64,000 bases of DNA from Macrostomum lignano. Its lineage: Eukaryota. Positions 47,620-59,800 of the stretch are shown here, one piece after another. The stretch covers positions 248,001 to 312,000 of the forward strand of contig NIVC01000215.1 of assembly GCA_002269645.1 (NCBI GenBank), in the 5' to 3' direction. How positions within the stretch are numbered: the stretch's first letter is position 1; each line of letters begins with the position of its first letter. The position numbers and the translations under genes are program-made. The notes beneath the pieces were generated by a model. The model was given only the letters and a program-made list of their open reading frames with translations, did not search any database and was not told the origin of the DNA.

Positions 47620-50600
47620 ATGCAATCTGGAGAGGTTGAAGACGATCCCATTAAGTCGTCGGCTTCAAAGTGCCCGATGAAAGATTCCTTGAACAAATTC
47701 GAGTCACGAAGTGCCGTCCGCAGTTATGTGAGCGACGATCCACAACTTCCGAAACGGGAGCTCGCGTTTTACCTGGTCGCCATGCTGTCCATTGTCATCT
47801 ATGCTGGCTACGGGTTTTACGTCACCTATGGACTCGACATGACGCGAAGTGAGATTAACTTTCGATCTTTCTAGTTTTGCTTTTTTGTAACAATAGTATT
47901 ACTCTTAGTTTTATACATCTTTCCAATCCATGGGCATAATTTGCTATTATAGTTCTAGCAGTAGGACCATGCAGTCTTGATAGCAGAAAGCTCCTCTAGA
48001 CCTATATGGCGCATGCTACATCTACAGTCTTGAAACCAGTTTCTAGTTTATACCTCTACACGCCTTTATGCATATACATGAAGCATCTTATAGTGGCTTT
48101 CGCAGAGTGGCTTGCCCCTATATATAAATATTATACTCTTTAAAAACTACATACATGTAAAGCATGCAACCCGGTGCAGCTTTTCGCCGTTTGCCGGCGT
48201 ACCCGACGTCGAAGGACGTCACAAGCAAATATGTAGGTCTTCGCAGAAAAAAAACAGTACCTTATACGAACGTACGTTGGCCGAACGTTGATAAACGTCT
48301 GCCTGAAGTCGATGACGTCGTATTTCTGTACGGTTTACCAAGCTCGGCGAATGGCAAGATTTTAAATTTTGCGACGGCTTGGATCGACGTGAAGAATCCA
48401 TTGGTCGAAAAAGATATAGGGAAGGGGGCGCAAACTTGGGACACCAGATGCGCTCGTATTAACAAGTCCAGATTAGATAAAAAACATATACGCTTTTTAA
48501 CTTTTTAGACCTTCCGGCTGAAGCATTAAAGCCTGGCTGGATCAGAAAGTACAAGGTAAACTATAGATTGTCGCATTTGAAATTGCTGTAGGTTTTGTAC
48601 GACCATTACCATATTTCTTTGGCCAAATAGAATTGAATAAAAAAAATTAATCATCCTTAATCATCACACTTGCCCGACAGGACATCGGCGTTCAAGACTT
48701 GTTCGAGCGAGCGTCAAACAACTGGCCTAGGCTGGTTCTGGCTTCCATAGGCTTCCTGCTTGTTAGCAAAACCTCATTGGCTTTTGCACCAATCAATGTA
48801 GGTTGTAGAATTCAAAGTTTTACTTTCAAGTATGCGCCAGTTCACAAACATTTTTGCAATCAAATTTTAGGTACATTATCTAGCTTGCTCAGTCTATACC
48901 CTCGTAATGATTGGGATTGCCGTGTCACCAGAAGCGGTAGCTGCATTGGTCTTAATGTACGCTTTTTACCTCTGCATGGCCTACTTCTCGTACATTGGCG
49001 TATGGTTGTTCACTTGCACGATTCTCTACGGCTTCAGTCATGGCAGACTTGCCGCAGTCCTGGTTCCGGCACTCAATATTCAAGGTGAAACATTACCCAC
49101 TTTTTCCGCCATACTTTGCTACTTCCTCTGTCGCCTAATCTCGTTTGGTCACACATTGAGAACGGAGGTGAGTGAGCAGCCCTGTGGATTTAGGCAATAT
49201 TTGCTCAACAATGTTCCTCTGAGTCTGGCCTACACTTTCTACATGCCATACACGTGGTCCGGACCGATTCTCACTTTTGACGCGTTTCGCAAACAGCTGC
49301 AATCTCGCGGTCGTCGTGTTGAAATTGACAGCAATACTATTTCTGTTGTGGCATGGCGCGTGTGCCGCATGGTGCTGTGGTACTACGTTCTGGAGATGAT
49401 CTATCACTACTTGCCAACGGGATCTTACCTGCTCACACTCCAACCTGATGTTCCCATCGTGTACAAGCATATGTCCTTTTGTGTCTACCTTAATGGCCAG
49501 AGCTTTATGCTACTTTACATTCAGTACTATGGATGGCCAGCCGTCCTTGCTCTGCTCGATGGTGTTGAGCTGTTTCACTGGCCAGACTGCATCAGCTGGG
49601 TGTACAGCTACAGCATCATGTGGCGCGTGTTCGACCGAGGTCTGTTCTCAGTGATCCAGGAACACATCTACAGGCCTCTTGGAGGCAGTCGCCGGGGTCC
49701 ATTGCGACAGATTTTTGCTCTGGTAGTCTGCTTTGGCTTTATCTGCGCCTTCCACGGCGACACCGCAAACAGTCGGGCCTGGGTGACGCTGAATGTAGTT
49801 CAACTGGTGATGGAGCGGCTGATTACTTTTGTCTATTATAAACACATGAGGTGTTTTATTGTGAGTCAAACTACGTGTTTGTTTGTGCTTGTTTTTCTGC
49901 AACTAAAAATCCGTTGTGGGGCTATTTTGTCTACATAAGGGGTAAATGTGTACATGGGAATGCAAACGGAAAAGAAGATAAGGTATGTTATGCGTGAGGA
50001 TTTCCTAGGAATCCAGCTCTCGTTTTGACTCTTGACTACGGTAGCCCCAGCCTTCTCGCGTACAACGTATGACACTCCAAGTTCACTCTAACCGTAGGCG
50101 TAGTGCTTTCGGTAACGGTAGTGCCTGAGACAGGCAGGCGAATGTATCTCAAAGCTTTTCTACTCGTAATTTGCAGCAGATATTGTCTGGCCGACAAGCC
50201 GACGCATTCAAAAGTTAGCCGCTTACGACCGCTATAAGTAGGCCTACAGAGCCATGAACAGCTGGTGGATGGAAAAGCGGGGGTGGGGTGGCTGCGGGCT
50301 CCGGCCAATATGACATATTTCTTCCCAAATGACATGATAAATTGACTATGACCAAAGCTGACTTGCGTCATATAGTTTTATATCCACAAAGATGCATTCT
50401 GACGGGTCTACGAAATTTGCTTGCGGAAATTTGCTTGCCGAACTTTGCTTGCCGAGATTTGTCAGCCAAAGTTTTCTTGCGAAACCTTAAAGAACCTGCA
50501 AGCAAATTTCCTGCAAGCAAAGTTCGGCAGGGAAAATTCGGCAAGCAAACTTCCTGCAAGCAAAGTTCGGCAAGGAATATTCATCAAGCAAAGTTCGGCA

Positions 50601-51077
50601 AGCAAAGTTCCTGCAAGCAAACGTTGTACTCCCATTCTGAAATTTGCCCTGAGCCATAGCTACATGTAGTTGTGACCTTTTTTTAGACCAAGTACCTGAG
50701 TCCTCAGAATGAGAAGCGACTTACTGGCTACGTCATCGCTTGGAATATGACAGCCTCCTGCGGCATAATCTACTTCTTTCTAGGCGGCACGAAAGGCTTC
50801 ATCATTTTTCCCGAGCTGCTGCTACTGCGCTCGATGAGTTCGCATAGTGAGTTTTGCTTTTATTATTGTTGTCAATTGTCCATCGGTGCTTTGGTACTAA
50901 CTTATTAATTACCATAGAAAATGTTGAGTATTATTCTCAATTTCAGCTCCATTGTGGCACCTGTTAACTTTTCAATTCGGAACTTATTGCGCTGTACAAA
51001 TGGGTCGCTACTTCGAGGTCAAGCTGAAGCCAGCTCTGTGCAACAAGGCCAAGAAAGCCAAGGTCACCGCTGAGTGA
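47620..51077 (+). CDS. MBOAT acyltransferase, HHAT/Rasp-like, copy 2, 557 aa; exons 47620-47848, 48509-48555, 48681-48797, 48871-49860, 50687-50846, 50947-51077
   Basis: Same exon sizes and phases as copy 1 (229/47/117/990/160); catalytic FICAFHG; open throughout. Confidence 0.88.
50415..50625. repeat. Inverted array of short repeats inside an intron-4 insertion of MBOAT-2
   Basis: TTTGCTTGCCGAA units followed by reverse-complement TTCGGCAAGCAAA units; intron is 826 bp vs 83 bp in copy 1. Confidence 0.75.
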
Positions 51078-51536
51078 GACACGCGAATGGCTGAGACATA
51101 TTTTAGATACAATGTTACTAGGCACTACAGGTAATGTAATTTTAGTAGTCTTTTTTGTTTACTCTTGCCTACTTAAGAAGATGCATGCATGCTAAATCAG
51201 CTACCCTACTCTTTGCGTCCGCATAGTCTTGAAGTTTATAAAAAATTGTATAAACAAGAATAATTCTCCAATATATCAAATCAATAACAGTAACTTATTA
51301 CTTTTTGTTAAAATAGTCAGAATATCCTTGAAGAAACCGGTGCGAATATTTTGATCTGAATGGAAAATGTGTTTGCTTGTTTGTTATTTCATCAAGTTTT
51401 TAGTTTTTGTAAAAGGTCTGCCGGGATTCACCGTACGTACCTGCCTGCAGCAGTTTCCAGTTTGTATTTTGCACTATTCAAACATTCAGGGTGAATTTTA
51501 TAAACATTTAGAGATGTCTCTATGTGCACATCAGGT

Positions 51537-53853
51537 TTAAGCCATTCCGTCTTGTGGTTTTTCTAAATCAGCAAAAGAAATTTCCTTTGTTTCCACAAAG
51601 TAGCGCCGTTCTGTTTTGTAGAAATGGTCAACAAATCGGCGCCAATGCTTGAGAATGCCGCCCCACATTTGCCAGGTAACGGTTACGTGGTTGAACCGGG
51701 TCAATTGGTGCACCAAATCGAAGTTGGCCGCGATGCTGTTGAACTCGTTAGACACGTAGGCGATGAGGAAGTTCTGTATGTTGATGGTGACTATCAGAAC
51801 GAACATCGTGTGCAGCATGGCTGTTGAAGGTCGAGCCTGGGACAAGTTGGCCGTGTTGACGAAAATCCTCAGTGGCGAGTAGAACACGGAGAAGTGCGAC
51901 TCGAACTCGGCCTTGTCGAAGTCGACCATGAAGAAGAGCGTGCCGAACACAAAGTAGGCCCAGATGAGGAACAGGGGCACGGCCGCGATGAACCGGCTGA
52001 ACATCTTGCGAAAGCAGATTCCCAGGAAAGCGAATCGTTTGAACCTCAATTCGAAACCGCCGGTGAAGCAAAGCATGGCGAAGAACATGTACATGACAGC
52101 GGAGCTTTCCGTCATTATGGTTAACCAAGTGTTTGGGAATTTCTTCGCTCTGCCGAGTACAACATCCGTGCAGTCGAGCGATCTCATAAGCAACATTGAG
52201 CCAATCAGATGCTGCAAGCCACAAATAAGCATCGACACCATTGAGACAGTGATGAATTCGTTCCTGACGAAGTACTCACCCCGGAATTTAAGACGGCTAT
52301 CAATGCGGTACAGAGGACAACTTTGCGCTCGTATTGCCGCAGCCAGTCCAAACAGCAACATCGCCAACTGTGCGACTAGCAGAGCAACCATGGTATAGTG
52401 GTTGACAGAGATGTTCGCCATCACGTTTGCTCTGCTGACAGGGTAGAAATAAATTGGCGAAATCTTCAGATATTCATCTCCTCGAGATCCGTTACTGAGG
52501 TACCTGATGAGATTAGCCGGATAGCAGGCACTTCGCACTGCGTCTTCAATGTTGCTGATGTTTGAAACTATTTCGTTTCCATTCGTAATGAATTCTTCTT
52601 TAATCTTGCCTGCAAATTCGTTGAAGCCCTTTTCAAGTTCGTAGGCATGCTGCGCCATAGTGACAATCATGATAAAGTTCAACGACAGCGGAGTAAGTTG
52701 GAAAAACAGAGTCCCGTAGTAAACCTGCGCCAGCAGGTAAGTCCACATCAAGTCTCTGTACATCAAATCAATCCACTTGTCAACAAGAAGGCCAGCCTGC
52801 ATCAGGTTCGATCTTCTCAGCGCCGGCACCTGCTGCATTCGAGTTTCGTTCAGCATTAGAATCGGAGTCTTGCCTCTTCTGACGCCGGAAGTCATGTCAT
52901 ATTCCGATAGGTTGTACTTTTTATACACTCGAGTGCCTGTCAAGTGTTCTTCAATCTTGATGTAGTTGTCCACTTCAGCAATTTTTTGGAATGTGCTGTA
53001 CGCCCCGATTTGCATAGCGAACTCAATCGGTCTCAGGCCGGCTTTGTTCTCCATCAGGCAGAGCGCGTGAAGAAACGATTTGGGCTGCCTGTGGGTGTCG
53101 AAAAGAATGGGAATCATCTGATTGGTAATGCAAACAATAAAAGGCTTTTGAAAACTTGTTGCAATCTAGATATTTCAATAAACAGCTAGCTAGATAAACA
53201 GCCGTCTAGATTGAAATCAATTTAAATCGGACTCCTCGGAATGAACTCCAGATGGCTCACTCTGTCCCGACTGGCAAGCCGCAGTATCCGGCCGCTGTCT
53301 CCTTGTCGCAGCTGCAGTTGGGCTCACCGACCTCGGCCAGGATTTTGAACGCGCCCGACTCGAACTCGTCCAGCAGCTGCAGCTCCGCCTCGGACGGCTC
53401 GCCGCCTCGCCGACCCTCTCGCAGGACTCGAGCCTTGGCCAGCGAGTGCAGAAGGTTGCTGCCGTCTGCATCGTCCAGAACGGCGAGCGACTTCCAGCAG
53501 CAACAGTCGGCCAGAGTCTTTCTGACCAGGAATTCCAGAGTTTGCCCAGCCGAGTAGTGAACTGCCAGGTGGTGCATCCGGCCGGATTCCGTCTCTGCAT
53601 CGCTGCTGCTAGGCATGTGGAATGTCAAGCGGTGGTGGAGCAACCGATCTGGTGAAATTTGAGCCAACTCGAGCTCTGCTGCCAGCTTTTCAGGCTGGTC
53701 TCTGCGGATGAGAGCAGCCAGAGAAAGAGAAAGTCGGTTGTCCAGCACACCGCTATCATCGACAGAATCCTGCTCTGGAAGCCTTGAGCCGGACTCAGAA
53801 TCTTCCTGTGTCGCGGCAGCTACACGAATCAGTTTCGGTGCTGCCATCGTCAT
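51537..53853 (-). CDS. TRPV-like cation channel, copy B, about 714 aa; exons 53853-53261 and 53088-51537
   Basis: Paralogue of 35695-37981 with the same intron and motifs; open throughout. Confidence 0.8.
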
Positions 53854-54554
53854 GTCCCGATTTTAAGTGGCTTTGCTTCACCCATAGCTGACTTGCTTAA
53901 ATAGTCATTTCCCAGCCTTCCCTTGCCTATCACCAACTTTGATTAATCTTCAGAAAGCTTTTAAGTTAATGAGTTAGTTTGTAGACTAAGGCCATTTTTG
54001 GTAGTGCAATTTCGGCTAATCAATCAGTGAGTCCATTGTTGTGCTATTCAGCTATACATTTGCTGCCATCAAATCGGTTAGTTGCATTTGTTGTTGCCGT
54101 TGAATAAGAGTCCAATCTTCATAATTGTTTGCTTGACGTAATTGAATTGTCGTTTCCTCTGATCAACTGCATAGAAATCAGTCTAAATGATTGTTTTCTC
54201 TGCTGGAAAAAACATGGGAAGTCGATCGATGGGAAAACGGTGTTTTGTGTTTACTCACGCTGCTGCGTCGCCGTGGGGGTTGCCTTCGACTTCGTAAAGA
54301 CTCGCAAATCAGCAAGCAGACTTAATTCTACCTGATTCAGTTCGCGTAGCTCGAGTGGTTCTTTCATGTAGATGATTGAATGATTCTTGCTAAGCGTCCT
54401 CTGCGGCACTCGGCAAACCCCAGAACTGTTTTCACTTTACCCCTCTCTTGTCGGGAGGTAAAGGGTTACTCGCATATAGGTCATTATTGTCGAGACTAGA
54501 AATTTTATCGCCGTCAATGTTCGCGTAATTAATTACGCGAATCATCATGCGGCT

Positions 54555-55005
54555 ACCGGACATTTGCCCTCCGGCATTTGCCCTCCGGACATTTGCCCTC
54601 CGGCATTTCCCCTCCGGACATTTGCCCTCGAGGACATTTGCCCTCGGGGACATTTGCCCTCCGGACATTTGCCCTCCGGACATTTGCCCTCGGGGACATT
54701 TGCCCTCGGGGACATTTCCCCTCCGGACATTTCCCCTCTGGAAAAGTACAGGTAAGGCTGGGGATAGGGTAGGGCGGGTATATATTGCTTACTAGAAAAG
54801 GATGAGTTGTTGGCTGGAGAAGAACCTGATGGATGCAAGAGGCGGGAGGATGAGGTTGGTGCTGGAGGAACGACGGGTGGGTACAGGAGGAGGTGAGGTG
54901 AGTAATGTGCGAGGGGGTAAATTTGCAGAGGGCAAATGTGCGGAGGGGAAATGTCCGGAGGGCAAATGTCCCCGAGGGCAAATGTCCTCGAGGGCAAATG
55001 TCCGG
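54555..55005. repeat. Palindromic minisatellite element with inverted arms
   Basis: CCGGACATTTGCCC(T/C) units at about 54555-54738 and inverted GGGCAAATGTCCGG units at about 54925-55005; GTCGATGGGAAAACG...TTTACTCACGCT occurs directly repeated near 54225 and 55005. Confidence 0.85.
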
Positions 55006-55394
55006 TCGATGGGAAAACGTTTTTGTTTACTCACGCTCACATATTCTATTATATAGAATCACTGCCAACGTGCGGCTATAATCTACGCAATAGTAGTGAA
55101 CGTTGGTCGGGAGGGCTATAGCTAGTCAGAGAAAAGCGTAAAGACGTAGAGGGGCGTGTATTACATCTCTCCTGCAGCCAAAAAAATTACAAGCCTATAA
55201 CTCGATAATTTCGCAGATAAGCGGAATGAGCTTTCCGAACAGTTATGCCAATCAGCCAATCAGCCAATCAGCCAATCAGTTAAATTTACGTATGCATGTA
55301 CATGTGATTTGTTTAGGGTGCGTGCAGCCGTGTTGCTATTGCCTTGTGGTTTGCTGGCATGTCGTCATGCAGCAGTAGACCTTCCAGAGGCCGT

Positions 55395-56215
55395 CGCAAA
55401 ATTTCGGTCACCACCTGGCGGAGCGCCGATTTAAAGTAGCAGCGTCGCGCGCGCCGTCTGCTGGCCACCAACTTTCAGCCGAGCTCCGACGGCTGCTGAA
55501 CGTCCGCCTCTCCTGCTGTGTCTGCCGTTTGCTGTTGGCCGGCTGAGAGTAGTGTCTCTCTCGTACCACCACCTCCGATATCCTGGTGCTGGCGTCTCCT
55601 TTACAGATCCGCCTGCACCTGCCGCGCCACGCCGGGCCACCAGAATTTTCTCCCGCCGATCTGATGCTGGTGGGCCCAACTGATGGTCTGCTGCTGAAGC
55701 CCTGCGGGTACAACTATCCTGCTGCCCCTGAGCAGCATGCCGTCACGCACCCTGAGCTTTCCGTTGAGCGAGTGGAAGCTGCCGGGCGGGGCTGTAGCGC
55801 CGGAGCGCCAGTTGCCAGTCGCCAGCGCCTGCATGACGAAGGTCAGAGCCGGGTCCCGCGCTGTGACCTCGAGTACGCTCTTGATGGTTGGGCCTTCCGG
55901 TGCGGACTTGACGGTGTTGAGCTGCTGCAGCAGTACTCCGTCCTGGGCCGGTTAATTGCTTATCGTTTGGAGCGTCGGTTGGCCTTGTAGCCCCTCTGGC
56001 CAGTGCCCAGGGATTCGTCCCCAGACTCAGGATCTCGAGGTTGCACGGCCGAGCACACTGGTGCCGCTCCGTGGGACGATGATGAAGCTAGCTGGCGCGC
56101 TGGACATGAGAAAATCCTCTTTGTCGTTGGCTGCAGGCCTGCGGGTCCCGGGAGCTTGCGACAGGCTGTCTCAGTGAAGACGCTGTCCACCAGCACCTGT
56201 ACTGGAGTCACTTTC
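55395..56215 (-). mobile_element. Degraded Gypsy pol fragment (RNase H end and integrase zinc-binding region)
   Basis: DSLSQAP (cf. ADALSRLP) near 56160; LRVRDGMLLRGSRIVVPAGLQQQTISWAH...WWPGV at 55601-55834; multiple frameshifts. Confidence 0.75.
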
Positions 56216-56828
56216 AATAACACGTTGACAAGAGCCGATGCACGTTTGTGTCGGATAACATCACGGAGTACTACAAGGAGTAAATTAGCATTTGTATTGT
56301 GTGTAGAAATTCTGAGGAGCAGCTTTAGTTGTGCCACATACAAAACTGAGGCAGAATTTGTCTTGTCTTTCATAGCGTGGAACTTCTCATGTTGCCAGGT
56401 TTATTTTACTGTGGGTTTACCAACAAATAAATTATGAGCATACGAGTATTGTACTTATAATTTATGTAATTGTACAAGAATACGTAGACAAAATCAAAAT
56501 GCAGACTGTTGAGCTTAAATTAAGCTTTTGGCTTCTGATGATACTCATCTCAATGGTTGGATTTACTGTTCAGTAACAGAATTATTTAGCAGGAAATGGT
56601 GTAAACAAATCTTCACGATCCATCGCGCGGTTGGACTGTTCTGAATTCTGTCTGATGTCTATGGCTTTTTCTTTTTCAAATTCAGCTACAATTTTATGTC
56701 TATGGCTGGAGCAAATCTTTATAAGCAGCTTCGATTTTTCTAAACCCATCGCTGTATAACGTCTCTCTCTAACTGTCTGACTTTCAATCTGTGCTTTTTT
56801 TATCTAAACCACCAAAAAGGACAGCAGC

Positions 56829-59800
56829 ATGCAAGACCGAGAAAGCATGGAAGCTGAAGTTACTAAACAATCTGAATCAAAGTGCCCAATGTACGACTCG
56901 ACCACAAAGACCAAACAGCAGCAGAATCCAATTCATGGATTCGTCTCTGATGATCCTCAGTTACCGAAACGGGAGATTGCTTTCTACCTGGTCGCGCTGG
57001 TGTCAATCATCGCCTACGCTGGCCACGGGTTTTATCTCACGTACGGAATCAACCTGCATGAAAGTGAGTTAGTTGTTTTCTTCTATGCTTTAGCCACATT
57101 GTTTTGGATCGACTAATAATACACATTTTAACAGTGTTTTGGGCAGAACCACAGATACTAGAATAACTAGATGGGTCACTCAGAAAATTTGCGTGTAAGC
57201 TACTTTCAGTTTAGTAGCGAGTTAAACTGAAGCATTTTAATGCATTTTTAAAGCCAATGCTTATTTATTGGCTCTTACCCTCCAGCCTTAAACTCTCAAA
57301 CCACGCCTTTCCACGCTGCCCCCACCCCGCGCACCTCAATTTTTATTGCCTTCCTCGGAATTCCAACTAGCTCGTTCTTGCGAAGTAATTTCGATGATAG
57401 AGGCCAAAGATGCGATTAAATCAAATTCACTTTGTACACTTTTGTCTATGTGTGGCCCATTGTAGTAGTGTAGCTCATTTAATTATGGCTCCTTTTTCTA
57501 TTGGTATTTCGAATGAAAGCTCAGAATCCACTAGAGAATTAATTTATGACAGTTAGGCTAGTCGCCTTTACTGTCCTTTCCAATTACCATAGACGATTGA
57601 CTGATTATCTCTATTCTTCTCTTTCAAAGTGCCATAGACAGAAGAATTGACTAGAAATCCGGGCAAACAATCACATTTGATACAAAAGGGTACAATAACG
57701 ACATTAGATTCTTACGCGGCAGCAATTGCGTAAGCTAAAAATCCGTATATATCGTAATTACATTACATAAGGGTTAGTAGCAACGTCTGAGTAAAAACAT
57801 TTCACTTCTCCTAAAAACTCTCTAGCTGTTAAAAGGTATGTTAAAAACAACAGATACATGAACAACATCAACATTATCGATAAAATAGGCAACAGAAACA
57901 TCAAAAACAATATTATCAACAACCACGACAACAGCAAAAAGCAAATTATCAAAACAACATATAAAACAGCGAAAAAACATTAGTAACAACAGTAAGTCCA
58001 TATCGACGAATACCAAGAAGGAGCAACAACGAAAAGGACCAGACATAAAAGGCATATTTAAATAAATTTGAACTTGAATGCCTCGAAAAATATCGACAGT
58101 AAAAACTCGAATCCATTTGAAAAATCTGTTAACAAATCATTTAATTGAAATTTTGTTAACATTTTAACAAAATTATTAACCCGGCGAATGTTCTTAAGGA
58201 ATTTGCCGAGACTGATAAGCTAAGCATTGTTCCTTCACTACCAATTAAAGTACAATCAAAGCCTTAGCTTTGGCCTAAAGTAAATTGATTCAATCACAAG
58301 CTGACGAGTGCTTCTGATCCTGATAGCTAACTGAGGGAGCGCACCAAACTTTACACAGTTCTCGAAGTGTATGGGAAATTTCGAGGGGCTTTAGCACCAA
58401 GGGGCTTTAGCACCAAGGGGCTTTAGCACCAAGGGGCTTTAGCACCAAGGGGCTTTAGCACCAAGGGGCTTTAGCACCAAGGGGCTTTAGCACCAAGGGG
58501 CTTTAGCACCAAGGGGCGCCAGCACCAAGGGGCGCCAGCACCAAGGGGCGCCAGCACCAAGGGGCGCCAGCACCAAGGGGCGCCAGCACCAAGGGGCGCC
58601 AGCACCAAGGGGCGCCAGCACCAAGGGGCGCCAGCACCAAGGGGCGCCAGCACCAAGGGGCGCCAGCACCAAGGGGCGCCAGCACCAAGGGGCGCCAGCA
58701 CCAAGGGGCGCCAGCACCAAGGGGCGCCAGCACCAAGGGGCGCCAGCACCAAGGGGCGCCAGCACCAAGGGGCGCCAGCACCAAAGGGCGCCAGCACCAA
58801 GGGGCGCCAGCACCAAGGGGCACCAGCACCAAGGGGCACCAGCACCAAAAAAAACATTGTAGACAAAGTTACTTGTAAATATTTCTATCAACTATTTGCT
58901 TCAGATCTACCGGCTGAGCTTTTGAAACCCGGCTGGATGCGCGATTTCAAGGTAAGCTTAAATTGAAATAATCAGCTTTGACTTTCACGTTTATAAAAGT
59001 TTTACCAATTTATTGTAAAAAAGCAAATCTATAAATCTGTCCCCAACGCAGGATGGCAGCGCTGATGCTCTGCTTGAAAAGTCGACAGAAAATTGGAAGA
59101 ATTTGTTGGTTGCATCAGCTGGATTTCTGTTTGTCAGCAAAGCTTCTTTGGCAACTGCGCCTATCGAGGTGAGCATATTGTACTTTTGTCATTGACGGAA
59201 AACTTTGTTTCTTAGAAAGTTTCAAAGGTCAGCCCATACAACCAATAAAACTCAGTCAATCCATGCATTTTCACCTTCAAATATTTTCTGAGAAAAAAAA
59301 TCGGCTTAACATTATTTTATTTAATGCGTACCTGACTTGAGTGTGCAAACGTGAACCCGAGATAACTACATGAAATCAATTCAAGTCAATTTTTAAACCT
59401 TGCAGTTGCACTACCTAGTTTGCTCCGCCTACGCTCTGATGCTCGTTTTTCTAGCTGTGTCATTCGAAGCCGTTCTGTGGCTGATAGTTGCCTATTTTGT
59501 AACTCTCTGTCTGGCCTACTGGTCTTTCCCAGCCGTGTGGATCTTTGTTGGCTCGCTGCTTTACGTCATGAACAGCCACGGTGCGGCGACACTGTTTCTA
59601 GACTACCTCAACATTGACGGTGACAGCGGGCCAACCTTTGCGGCCTTGTATGGCTACGTGCTCTGCCGATTTATCTCGCTTGGCCACGCTATGCAGCAAG
59701 AGCTGAGCGGTGAACTAAAAACTGCAGGATTCTGGCGGTACCTTCGCTCTAATTTGTTTCTAACTCTGCACTATTCGTTCTACATGCCCTACCTTTGGTG

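Noticed and set aside
35695-53853. TRP/MBOAT duplicates as uncollapsed haplotypes
   Set aside because: Large blocks are far too diverged, with different introns and flanks, to be alleles; local collapse of the identical blocks still needs a long-read check.
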